In this document: piece after piece, positions 25,322 through 37,315 of the stretch
Numbering within the stretch: position 1 is the stretch's first letter
Layout: the number at the start of each line of letters is the position of its first letter
Assembly (NCBI RefSeq): GCF_020745735.1
Contig: NC_083421.1
Location: 57,713,001 to 57,777,000, forward strand
DNA length: 64,000 bases
Source of the DNA: Hemiscyllium ocellatum
Taxonomy: Eukaryota
Direction: 5' to 3'
The notes under the pieces: generated by a model
Database searches by the model: none
Seen by the model: only the letters and a program-made list of their open reading frames with translations
Told to the model about the DNA's origin: nothing
Position numbers and translations under genes: made by a program

Positions 25322-25539
25322 GCTGAAAATGTGTTGCTGGAAAAGCGCAGCAGGTCAGGCAGCATCCAAGGAACAGGAGATTCGATGTTTCGGGCATGAG
25401 CCCTTCTTCAGGTTCCTGAAGAAGGGCTTATGCCCCAAACTTCGAATCTCCTGTTCCTTGGATGCTGCCTGACCTGCTGCGCTTTTCCAGCAACACATTT
25501 TCAGCTCTGATCTCCAGCATCTGCAGACCTCACTCTCTC
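25322..25539 (+). mobile_element. Penelope-like pLTR palindrome, family A, inserted in a CR1 fragment
   Basis: 16-bp TSD CTCCACTTTTATTTGT (25306-25321, 25540-25555). Centre CTTCTTCAGG-TT-CCTGAAGAAG. Confidence 0.85.
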
Positions 25540-25868
25540 CTCCACTTTTATTTGTCACTTATACAAATAATTTTGATGAGATTATCAAAGACATAGTTAG
25601 TATATTTGTGGATAAGCCCAAAATTGGAGATGTACTGGACTGTGAAGAAGGTTATCTAAGATTACAAAGAGATCTTGATCAATTGGATCAATAGCCTGAA
25701 GGATGGCAGATGGAGTTTAATTTGTATAAATGGAAGGTATTGCAGTTTGGGAAAACAAAAAGGGGCAGGACTTATACAGTTAAAAGTAGGGCCTTACATA
25801 GTATTGAGGAACAGAACATGGGGGTTCAGGTACATAATTGTTTGCAGTTTTTGTCACATATAGATAGG

Positions 25869-27049
25869 AGAAAGTGAAGACCGCAGATGCTGGAGATCAG
25901 GGTCGAGAGTGTGGTGCTGGAAAAGCACAGCAGGTCAGGCAGCATCTGTGGAGCAGGAAAATCAATGTTTTGGGCAAAATCCCTTCATCAGGAATGAGGC
26001 TTATGAGCCGGCAGGGGGTTGGGGGGCTGAGAGATACACGGGAGGGGTTGGGGCTGGGGGCGAAGGTCACTGGGAATGTGATAGGTTGATGAAGGTGAGG
26101 GAGCAGGTGATATGTTGGAGAGGAGGGTGGAGTGAATAGATGTCAAAGGTAGTGGACAGGTCAGGAAGGCAGTGCCAAGTTGGAGGCTTGGGACCAGGAT
26201 AATGTGGGGGGAGGGGAAATGAGGAAACTGGTGAAACACATACTGATCCCGTGTGGTTGCAGGATTCTAAGGCAGAAGATGAGGTGCTCTTCCTCCAGGC
26301 ATCTGTTGGTAAAGGTTTCGTGATGGAGGAGGCCCAGGATCTGCATGTTCTTGGTGGAGTGGGAGGGGGAGTTGAAGTGTCAGCCATTGGGTAGTGGGGC
26401 TGATGGGTGTGGGTGTCCCAGAGATGTTCTCTAAAATGATCTGCAAGCTGGCATCCTGTTTCCCTGATGTACAGGAGACCACATCGGGTGCAACGGAGAC
26501 AGTAGATGACATTGGTGGAGGTACAGGTAAATTTCTGTCAGATGTGGAAGGATCCTTAGGGGCCTTGGGCAGAGGTGAGGGGGGAGTAGTGTGAGTGCAG
26601 GTTTTTCACTTCCTGCAGTGGCAGGGGAAAGTGTTGGGAATGGGGTGTGGCTGGTGGGAGATGTGGACCTGATGAGGGAGTTGTGGAGGGAATGGCTCTC
26701 CAGAATGCTGATAGGGGTGGGGAGGGAAAAATATATTTATTGATGGGGTCTGTTTGGCAGAAGTGGTGGAGGATAATGTGATATATATGGTGGTTTGTGG
26801 GGTAGAAGGTGAGGACCTGGGGGTTTCGGTCCATGTTATGTCGGGAGAGGTGGGCTTCAAGGGCAGAGGTGTGGGAAGTGGAGGAGATGGGCCGGAGGCC
26901 ATGATCAACCATATGGGAAGGAAAATTGTGATCTTGGAAGAAGGAGGCCATCTGGGATTTTCTAATGTGGAATTGGTGGAATCTTTCCCCCCCAAAATCC
27001 ACTCCCTTCCATTCATCTCTCAGCCTCCCTGTCCACAAGTCTCATACCA
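25869..27049 (-). mobile_element. 5'-truncated Neptune-type Penelope-like element with a short inverted 5' segment
   Basis: The - strand has degraded FPCHCRK (Cys-rich linker), NVIYCLRCTRCGLLYI (GIY-YIG) and LEEEHLIF..LQPHG, then the family-A pLTR at 25869-25995. TSD GTCA(C/T)ATAGATAGG (25853-25868, 27050-27065). Confidence 0.85.
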
Positions 27050-27221
27050 GTCATATATAGATAGGGTAGTTAAGAAAGTTTAGTGCACTTGCTTTCATTG
27101 CTCAGACCTTTCAGTTTAGGAATGTTATGATGAGGTAGCAGGGACATTGGTGAATCCTTTTCTGGAGTGCTGTGTCCAGTTCTGGTCACCCTGTGGTAGG
27201 AATGATATTACTAAACTGGAG

Positions 27222-27492
27222 AGATTAGATTAGATTAGATTACTTAGATTAGATTAGATTACTTACAGTGTGGAAACAGGCCCTTCGGCCCAACAAGTCC
27301 ACACTGACCCGCCGAAGCGCAACCCACCCATACCCCTACATTTACCCCTTACCTAACACTATGGGCAATTTAGCATGGCCAATTCACCTGACCCGCACAT
27401 TTTTGGATTGTGGGAGGAAACCGGAGCACCCGGAAGAAACCCACGCAGACACGGGGAGAACGTGCAAACTCCACACAGTCAGTCGCCTGAGT
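27222..27492 (-). mobile_element. HE1-type V-SINE, young, 5'-truncated
   Basis: (ATTAG)n tail. CpG-rich body nearly identical to the 51331 and 58933 copies. Confidence 0.9.
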
Positions 27493-29074
27493 CGGGTTCA
27501 GAAGAGATTTACCAGAATGTTTCCAGGAATTGAGACTTTGAGTTATACACAGAAACTGGATTGACTAGGACTGTTTTCACTGGACCGTGGAACATTGAGG
27601 GATGACCTTATAGAGATTCATAAAATCGTGAGGGTAGTAGAAAAGGTGAACAGCAGGTATCTTTTCCCGAGAGTGGGGGAACTTCAAGATTAGGAGCTTT
27701 TTCTTAGGTGAGAGAGGAGTGACTTTAAAAAAGACATGAGGGGCAATTTGTTTCACACAATGGCTTACGTATGGAGTGAACTGCCAGAGGAAGTGGTGGA
27801 TGCAGGTATAGTTACAATGTTTGAATAAGTACATGAATAGGAAAGGTTTGGAAGGATGCGGGCCAAGTGCAGGCAGGTGGAATTAGTTTAGTTTGGGAAC
27901 TTGGTAGGCATGGACTTGTTGGACCTGAGAGTCAGTTTCTGTGCTGTGTAACTCTGACTCTATAACAATCACTTTGAGCTGATTTAATAAAAATAATAAA
28001 ACAAAGAACTACAGACACTGAAATGAAAACAGAAATTACGAGAGAAACTCAGCAAGTCTGACAGCATCTGAGGAGCGAGAAACAGGGTTATTGTCTCACT
28101 TCCAGTGACTCTGCCTCAGAACTGATAAGTACACAAATAAATCTACCCAACCACATAATGAGAGATTGTCCTGCAGCAATTCACTGGGCCGGTAAAATTA
28201 GATATTTTAAAAGAACGCTTGAACCAATGCAGATAATAATGAGATTATGCATGTAGAAAAGAAAAATAAGTCATCCAAAATATTCTACAAATACCAAAGA
28301 ATTTGCAATTGTAGCCAGTGCATGTGGGATAAACAGCAGCTGATATATAATACAGCTCCAAAAATGGGGACATTGAAACAGGAGAAGGCCATTCAGCTCA
28401 TTGAGCCGGCCTTGCCATTTAATATGATGTTGACTGCTAAAGCCTCGAGAATAATGATGTAAATATTCATTTATTGAAGTAAACATTGTTAATGACTAGT
28501 AATCAGTTCCCTAGCCCAGTGTGACCTTTTGATTAATTTAGTCAGTGAATTGTTGAAATTACATTCAAAACAATGATATATTTAACAATATAAATAATTG
28601 GATAATTTGTTTTAATAATGGATGAGGGATAATTATTGGGAATGTATTGAGGGAATTCCTCTAACCTTTAAGCGGTGCCACATGCACATTCATGTGCATT
28701 GTCGAGATTAGAGAGGGTCTCAATTTAACTTTTCACCTGAGACAGCACCTCAAACAACACATTCCTTTACACAGGCTGAACTTGATCACTATGTAGAGCA
28801 CATTATTCAATCCATTTGCAGTCTCTATGGCCATTAAGATTTTTAACTTGTACACGTCATTTATTATATGGAGTACTAAAAGACAAGAGTTTACAGTAAT
28901 CTTCAGGATCAAATTGGTGCATTTGTGTCTGACAACGGTAACAAAGAGAATTTTGAAGTGTCCAAGTTCAGAGCCTCATGCCTTTCTCACTGTAGTCCCA
29001 GCAGTTTGATGACGCTTCTATGCAAGAGGAAATTGTCAGTGTTGATTTAAAACTTCAACAAATAGAATATTGCT

Positions 29075-29770
29075 CTAGACCCACCTTCAAACCCCCTCCA
29101 CTCTTTCCTCCCTCCTCTTCCTTCCCACCCACACTTTCTGTTCTCTCCTCCCTCACTCCAAACTTGCCTTCCCTCTTCATCCACTCTTGTTGTCTTTTGT
29201 TCCTTCCCTCTCTCCATCCTTCACTCCTTCCTTTCTTCCCTTCCTCACTCAATCTCTTCCCTTCCTCCCCTCTTGCTCTGTCCTCCACCCCACTCTGTCC
29301 TCCCCTCTTCTTCCCTATTTTCTTTCTCCACCTCCCCACTCCTCTCCTCACTGCTGTCCCCTCTCCCCACCACTCTTCCCCCTCTGCCCCTCCTCATCCT
29401 CCCCCTCCCCCTCCCCTCACCACCCCTGTGCCTTCCCCTCTCTGCCGTCTGCTGTCCCCCACTCCCCTCCCTGGTACTCTCCCCTCCTGCCTCTCCCTGT
29501 CCTCCCCTCCCTACAGCCCACTCACTCTCCCCTCCCCTCCCGGCCCCCTCTTCACCCCCCCCCCCTCTCCATTCCGCACTCCCTCCCAGTTCGGCACTGT
29601 CCCCCCTCCCCACGGGCTCTCTCTCTCTCTCTAGTGCCTGCACTTGTCCCCCTGTGCACTCCCTCCTTCCCCACCTCCCTGCATTCTCTCCGCTCCCGCC
29701 CCATCCCGCACTCCCTCTGGTCTCTGCACCCCTCCTCCCCCCTCTCCCCTCCCCTCCCCACCCCGCCAGA
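29075..29770. repeat. C/T-rich low-complexity polypyrimidine tract
   Basis: About 700 bp of mostly C/T on the + strand, with many CCC(C) runs. Confidence 0.9.
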
Positions 29771-30160
29771 CTCTCGCTGCGGTTCCGGGGCGGGCACTCC
29801 GCTGCTCGGAGCGCGGGGCTCGCTGCTGGCCCCCGGAGCGGACTCCTGACCGGGGCGCGCTCCCGCCGCGCCGCGCCGCCGCTTTCCCTGGATGGAGCTG
29901 GCGGGCGGGGGGCGCGCCTGGGGCCGGGAGCGGAGCTCGCGTTACCGGTGCCGGTCCCCTCTGTCTCACCGAGACTCTCGCTCTGTCCACAGACTGTCCC
30001 CAGCCGGCGACCAGAACCGCAACAGCGACGGAGTCATCCTGGACATCGCGTCCCTGAAGATGAACGAGCTGGAGACAGATGTCCCTCCTCTACCGCCCAG
30101 GTACCGATTCCGGGATTTACTCTTGGGAGACCAGTCCTTCCAAAACGACGACAGGTAAGT
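29690..30160 (+). promoter_or_regulatory. CpG island at exon 2 (possible alternative promoter)
   Basis: Very CpG-dense (gccgcgccgcgccgcc, ggggcggg) immediately upstream of and within exon 2. Confidence 0.65.
29993..30154 (+). CDS. KCNT1: KCNT1 coding exon 2 (162 nt, phase 2-2)
   Basis: Acceptor ctctcgctctgtccacAG| and donor AG|GTAAGT. Encodes [54 protein letters not shown], the Slo2 N-terminal signature ([19 protein letters not shown]). Phase matches exon 1. SFQNDDR plus the upstream exon favour KCNT1 over KCNT2. Confidence 0.92.
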
Positions 30161-31281
30161 CCCTGAAATCCTCACTTGAACCCTCCCCTGTTCCAGCAAT
30201 GATTTACGATAGTCTCCCTGCTACCAGGGAGCTGTCCAAGGTGCTGAATCCTGGACCGTTCCCCAAAGGCTGCTGAACGATCACCCTTCCGACTGACCAT
30301 GTGTTTGGAGTTTTTATTTTATGCTTTCATCCAACTGTTAAGCCGGGAAGAATTGAATCAGACAGCACCCAGTTATTCATTCAGTGTGGAGCATTCAAAC
30401 TGCGACGTGACTTTGGGTGCCAGAAGTTAGCTGAGTAAAATGTTTTTTCAATTCCAAGATGCCAATATTATTTATAACACAAATCTGATTCTTGTTTGAT
30501 TCAACCCTCCCTAATTTTTTCTGGTCAGTGCAGACTTGATGGGCTGAAGGGCATTCTCAGTACTTTATGACCTGAACACTGTAATTTTGATTTAACTCTG
30601 GTCTCAGTTTCAATAGTTTGATTTTCAACTGAATATTATATTTTTAAAACACATTTGCTATCTTTTACTATTTGCTATTTTTATTTTCTTTTTTACTGTT
30701 TTTGCTATTTGTAAAATAGTTGGTGTATTGTTGGTTTGATTTTGTTTGGAATGTGGATTGAAATTATTCATGCAATCAATGATTGTTAATTGTAACTGTA
30801 GCCAAGTTAGAATCACATCTCTTAAAAACTTTCAAAGCCCAAATATTGTGTACGGAAATTAAGAACTACTACTCACCAGTTTTATTAAATGACACAGTAC
30901 TTTGAAATGTTCATAAAGAACAGGAACTTTGTAGCATTGCAGAATGAGTGACTAAATTGATGCACAACAAAGAGCAGAGTTTTAAAATGAGAACTATGTA
31001 GGGTTGCTTTCAGGATGTACTTTTGCACACTGAGGGCCGTGGGATGTTCTATTCAAAGATATTGGATGTTAGATCAGTTGAGATTTTTAAGACAGTAATT
31101 GATTGATGTCGTTAAAATTACCAAGGGATTTGCAATATATCTAATAAATTAGGTTAAGTTCAGTCATGATCCAAGGGACGCAAAATGACCTACTTTTATT
31201 TTCTATAAATGGTAAATTGCTGAAACTAACAAAGTTTTTTGGGTCAATGTGTTAGATTTTTGCATAAAATCTGAAGTTATG

Positions 31282-31613
31282 GATGTAAGTTTGCTCACTG
31301 GGCTGGAAGGTTCATTTTCAGATATTTCATCACCATACTAGGTAACATCAACAGTGAGCCTCCGGTGAAGCACTGGTGTTAGTGACCTGCTTTCCATTTA
31401 TGTGTTTAAGTTTCCTTGGGTTGGTGACATCACCACAGGAAATGACATCACCCGCCCAAGGAAACTTAAACACAAAAATAGAAAGTGGGTCACTAGCACC
31501 AGTGCTTCATCGGATGCTCACTGATGAAACATCTGAAAACAAACTTTCCAGCTCAGTGAGCTAAATTACATCCAGAACCTCAGCCTGAGCTACAAATCTT
31601 CTCAAAACTCACT
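31282..31613 (+). mobile_element. Penelope-like pLTR palindrome, family C (related to B)
   Basis: About 140-bp inverted arms plus the tail CCTGAGCTACAAATCTTCTCAAAACTCACT. Degenerate core CTG(T/A)TGATGTTACCTAGTATGGTGATGAAA. Short AGTTATG duplication. Tail fragments also at 216-287 and 46284-46350. Confidence 0.7.
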
Positions 31614-32639
31614 ACCTCCAGTTATGCTTGTGGTTGTTATAACTGTGGAATGATTTGATCACATGGCCATAAAAATCATAAAATGTGTGAGCAGGAATTG
31701 GCCATTCAGTGGAATCTTGGCTGATCTGATAATCCTCAACTCCAGTTTTCTGCCTTATCACATAACCCTTGATTCTCTTACTGATTCAAAATATGTCTCT
31801 CTCAGCATTGAATATACTTAACAACCTTCCAAGATAAATAAAGCATCACCTATAAACATACAAATATGGGAAATAGGAGCAGGAGTAGACCATTTTTCCC
31901 AGCCGACTCCAGCATTCAACATGATCAAGGCTAATCTTCTAACTAACCCATACTCCCACTGCTTCCCATATGCCTCGACACCTTAACCTCTAGGAATCTA
32001 TCTTTTTTTAAAACATATTCAGTGGCTTACTCCATGGCCTTCTGAGTGAAATCATTTCACCTCATCTTTGACTAAAAGGACCCCCAGCATAAGCTGAAAC
32101 AGTGACCCCTTGCTACCTGACCAGGGAAATATTATTCCACACTCAGAATTTTATACATTTCAATGAGATCTTCTCACATTCTTCACTTTCCAATCTATCA
32201 CTTGTACCAGTTTTCACATTGCTGTTACCACTCTTCATGACACCTCTCAGCTTTTTTTAAGGACAAAACTAATCTTCAAAACATTACCAGCTAACACAGA
32301 AGCACTTATCAATTCTGACCACTGAGACATATCCCATTGGAAACATTTCAAGTTTAATAAAAATTATATCCTCTGATTCTGGAATGTTCTGAAATGCATA
32401 AGAATGTAGAACCAACTTGGCAGTTTGTAAATCACTACTAGCTGCATAATTTTGATGATGACTTTTAACACAAGAACAGACAGATCTATCATTACATAAT
32501 ATGGAGGTAGGTTTAATTGCATACTTTTAATTTGTTTTATGTGTATTTTCTGAATTTATTGTGAAAATGATTTCAGTGAGTTTCCCAATATTGGATCAAT
32601 GATGGAGTTAGTGGTCTTTCCTGTGTGAATTCCCTATGG

Positions 32640-32847
32640 AGAAGAAAGTGAGGACTGCAGATGCTGGAGATCAGATCTGAAAATGTGTTGCTGGAAAAGC
32701 GCAGCAGGTCAGGCAGCATCCAAGGAGCAGGAGAGTCGACATTTCGTGCATGAGTCTGAAGAAGGGCTGATGCACGAAACGTCGACTCTCCTGCTCCTTG
32801 GATGCTGCCTGACCTGCTGTGCTTTTCCAGCACCACATTTTCAGCGC
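32640..32847 (-). mobile_element. Penelope-like pLTR palindrome, family A
   Basis: 14-bp TSD TGAATTCCCTATGG (32626-32639, 32848-32861). + strand core CTGAAGA-AGGGCTGATGCAC-GAAACGTC at 32756-32783. Confidence 0.85.
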
Positions 32848-33216
32848 TGAATTCCCTATGGCTCAGTTATTTATGGTTTGCTGGAGGCATTTATGGATGG
32901 TACAAAGTTGCATCTTTGTTCAGTTTTCATTTCAATGCATTATATCATTTAATGCACCACTTTGTCTGAGTTAAGAAATTCTCCTTGGTTTTGGGGGCCA
33001 GATTTGACTCTGCACAGGAAATAAAGGCAGCGTCCATGTTGGGGAACAGACTGTTCCAAGAACTTAAGTTCATGCAGAAGAGCAAATATAACGGGTTTTA
33101 TAGAGCACTGTGTCTTTATTGCACTCTTGTGCACACAGTAAGGAAGTAGACTTGGGGATCTATAATGAAAAAACTTATTTCCTTGCATTACAGAAAGTAA
33201 TTCCAATTCCTTACAA

Positions 33217-33540
33217 TGGCATGGTGGCTCAGTGGTTAACGCTGCTGTCTCACAGTGCCAGGGACAAGTGCCAGGTTTGATTCCACCCTTGGGCAAATGT
33301 GCAAATTCCATACACATGTTCTTCCTGATTCTGTGTGGGTTTCCTCTGGGTGCTGTGGTTTCTTCCCACGGTCCAAAATATGTAGGTTAGGTGGATTGGC
33401 CGTGCTAAACTGCCCATGTTATGTAAGCTAGGAGAAATGTAGGGTTACAGGGACAGAGCAAGGGGGTGAGTGTTGGTGGGAAGCTGTTTGGAGGATTAGT
33501 GCGCACTTGATGGCCCATATGGCCTGTTGCCACATGAAGG
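33217..33540 (+). mobile_element. HE1-type V-SINE
   Basis: A/B boxes, V-domain and tail. Confidence 0.8.
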
Positions 33541-36500
33541 CATTTGTAATTGAAATTAGGAATTTATTTTCAATTAAAATTGTAAGACTTTTTTTTCAAA
33601 ATTAGCTAGATAAAGGTGAATACTAGTTTATGGATGCCAGATTTTAAGTTTCATATTCCAAAAAATAAAGCTGTGTTGGAGGACGATGAATAAACAAATT
33701 AAGACTAATCTGCCTTACACAAAATTTTCAAACTGTAATCCAAATGATTTTAAAGTCCCTGTAGACAAGCTGTACCCTTGAACAGTATGAAGCCTTGAAT
33801 TAACCTGCTATGGCAAATCTATTTAGTTATTCATTCTGCTCAGCTTTGTTTTGGGTCTTTTAAGTAGTAGAGCTCAACTGGATGAATTATTAGAAGACCT
33901 TGGTATTTATTTAGTTTTGCAGTGGTATTAATATACAAGGTCACATGCAGTCTGGAGGCTTTTACTGGCTGGCTTGCTTGTGTGTTGCATCACAGCTTGC
34001 TTGGATAGGTTGCAACTGCATTGTCTTGGTCTCTAGTCACAAGCTCAAGGCCTGAAAGCCAGTTTCTGCCCACTGCCACGAAACAGTCTTCATGCATTTG
34101 TTTATGAATTCCAATGTTTTCACTGCAAAGACCTAGGCGCAAGTCAAATGTCATCTTTCTTGGTTTGAGAACAGTATGGGAGGGTAAGGAGAATATAACA
34201 GTATAATTTTAAGAGAAATTTAATATTTAACATATATTTGCAAAAATGCACATTTGTAATTTACATGTATTAAATGAAATGTATTGACAAATATGGAGAC
34301 AAATTTGGATATGTTTTAATAGAATGATTTAGTTGGCTGTCAGCAACTGATGTCTTTCATAGTTGTCTCCTTTCAAGGCTTGTGCTTGCAATCATACACT
34401 TTATTTTCTGACCTTGACTGTTGTTACCCACAGTGCTGTAAGCAAACTATTTTAAGTAGCTTCTGAATCAAGTTAATTTGACCTTTTATGGAAAGCACTT
34501 TTTCAGGTTTATATTTTTGTGTATTCTAGCGTGGGGAGGATAATGGCTGAAGCCAAATTTGAAACAATGTTAATATTTTAAACTAATACTTACAGCAATA
34601 TTTCACTTTGATATCAATTGTAACAGAGATCCCATGATGTGGTTACTGTTGAATGAACCCTGAAGTTTGCCTTACTTAAATTAACCAAAACTTTATTCTA
34701 TATCATGTAATACACCTTCAAAACATTTATATATTGCAAGGAACTTGAACATGAAGCTTGAAGTTAGTGTACTGCTCCTTATGATGTATACTGCTCTGAA
34801 AATAAAAATGATTAGAAAATACGGAAGTAACAGAATTGGGGTTCTGTAACTGTCTAAGCAGAAGTAAAACACCTATGTTCATTTACTACCTGGGATCATT
34901 TTTAGACATCTGTTATCTTGTGTACATGAACCCTACGTAAAAAGTACATATTATAGTTTTTTTTGAGATTTACAAAATGTACATACTGTTCTGTTAGGAA
35001 CTAAACTGTACAAATAATCAGTTTGCTTTATCACAACATGGCTTGTGCATATCTCAGTAAGTTTCTATCACTGAGTGGAGCTGAAGTTGTGTGCAATGTG
35101 AAGGTCTGTTTGGCTTCAAAGGAGATTGTTGATCTCTAAGTTTATTGACTCATTACTTTTATTATATTTTATACTTTTATTATATTTATTATATTATATT
35201 ATGAAAGATGTGAAATGGAATATCAGCTTCAGTTTAGGGACTCCACACTAATCAACCAGTTTTCCCCAAACAGACATTGCACATATTAAATCCAATAGCT
35301 GCTCACTCTGCTTTACCCTAACTTTATTACGTAATGACAGCATTAGAATAACACCTTATATAGCGGTATCACTAGCGTGATGTTTTATCATTACCTCCTG
35401 ACACCAGCTGTTATGGCCACTCTGAGTCAGTTTGCAAATTCACTGGATTCAAAAGCAGCTTCATGCCTTGCTCCAGACCTGGTAAAAGCTGTTCTGAGAC
35501 TAATCGAATTCAGTTTGCACTGGATCCGTACAACAAATTGAGAGGCTTTCAACTTGTCATTATCTGGATGCATCAGAGGTACAATGAGGCTACACCATGT
35601 GATTGCGCCGTTCAGTCCCCTGCATTGGGTGTGGGGTTTCCATAGCATAGACTTGCATCTCCTCCTCTATTTTAACTTCTGTAGCAAACAACTATAGAAA
35701 GCAGAATTTATAAATCCATTCACAGGATGAGGCTGTCATCGTGTTGGCCAGCAGTTCTTGACTATTTCTCACTGACTCTGAGGAGAAGGTGCTGAGCTAT
35801 CTCAATGGATGCAGTAACCTGCCTGGCCATGTCTGAGGTCTCTTCAGATTCAACTACATTTGTGAGTCATGAGACACATGTGGACTAGAGTGGATACGGG
35901 TGGCAGATTCTCTTCTCTAAAAGGCACTTGTGAACCTGTTGGGCATTTCCAACTGTCTGAGATTTCCACTACTGAAACTCAGCCTTTTGAATTCCACATT
36001 TATTGAATTGACTGGATTTAAATTCCTCAGCTGTCAAGATGGGATTTTAACTCTTGTCTATAAATTGTTAGCTGAGGTTTCTGGATTATTAGTCCAGTAT
36101 CAAAACTACATTGAGCCTAAAGAGAATGTAAAGGCTTTTCTGATATGCATCACTGGGTGACAAGAATAGAACTGGTTACTCATCTCCAAGTTCCCTTGAA
36201 AAGTGGTGACAAGCCCCTTGCATTCTTGTGTTCAAGTGATATGGGTACACCCAGAATGGTGTTGGGTATGAGCTTACAGGATTTGGGCCCAGTGATCATG
36301 AAGATGGTATTGATGACATTTCCTGTGCTAGGATGGTATTAGTTAGAGTGTCTCTTATATATGGTGATGCCCCTACCTGCTTGCTGTCCTCTGGCGTGGG
36401 CCTGGCAGCTGCTATCAGAGAAGCCTTGGTGAGTTACTGCAGTACATCTTGCAAATAATTCGTGTTGAAATCGCTATGCACTGGTGGTGGAATGAATTAA

Positions 36501-36559
36501 CATTTAAGGTGGTGGTTGGGGCACTAACCCAGCAGTTCGCTCTGTAAGTGTTTTTCAAG

Positions 36560-37315
36560 CTTCTTGAATGCTGAATATAGGATTAAAGACAGGATTCTTG
36601 GCAGTGTGGAGGAACAGAGGGATCATGGTGTTCAAGTACATAGATGTCTCAAAGTTGCGACCCAAGTGGATAGGGTTGTTAAGAAAACATATGGTGTTTT
36701 GGCTTTCATTAACAGGGGAATGAGTTTAAGAGCTGCGAGGTTTTGTGGCAGCTGTACAAATCCCTGGTGAGACCACACTTGGAATATTGTGTCTAGTTCT
36801 GATTGTCCAACTATAGGAAAGATACAGAGGCTTTGGAGAGGGTGCAAAGAAGGTTTGCCAGGATGCAGCCTGGACTGGAGAGCTTGTTCTATGAAGAGAG
36901 GTTGACTAAGATTGAACTTTTCTCTCTGGAGAAAAGGAGGAAGAGAGATGACCTGATCAAGATTTACAGGGTAATGAGAGGCATGGACAGAGTCAATAGC
37001 CAGAGACTTTTCCCCAGGGCAAGATTGACTGGGGAAAGGGGTCATAGTTTTAAGATATTAGGAGGAAGATAGAGAGGAGACTCAGAGGTAGGCTCTTTAT
37101 ACAAAGAGTTGTGAATGCATGGAATGCGTTGCCAGCTGTGGCGGTGGAAGCAGAGTCATTAGGGACATTTTAAGCACCTGCTGGACAGGCACATGGACAG
37201 CAGTGAATTGAGGGGTGCAAAGGTAAGGTTATTTTATTTTACATTAGGATTAATCCTTGGCACAACATCGTAAGCCAAAGGGCCTGTTCTGTGCTGTACT
37301 TTTCTATGTTCTATC
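36560..37315 (+). mobile_element. CR1 3' fragment
   Basis: LGSVEEQRD.GVQVHR.LKVATQVDRVVKK, YRKDTEALERVQRRF and a TTCTATGTTCTA tail. Confidence 0.9.

Larger units (their letters stand above)
25225..27965 (+). mobile_element. CR1 RT/3' fragment split by three younger insertions
   Basis: DWRPVTS..QGSMLAPLLFV continues after 25555, after 27050 and after 27493 to a CR1 tail. Confidence 0.8.
4098..29992 (+). other. KCNT1: KCNT1 intron 1 (GT-AG, 25.9 kb)
   Basis: GT at 4098, AG at 29991-29992. Joining gives the in-frame AGA (Arg) codon expected from the mammalian protein (…APR-RPCAGD). Confidence 0.8.

Noticed and set aside
29020-29990. Pro/Ser/Leu-rich ORFs of 200-297 aa
   Set aside because: Artefacts of the C/T-rich tract and CpG island. 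Only 29993-30154 has protein homology and splice sites.
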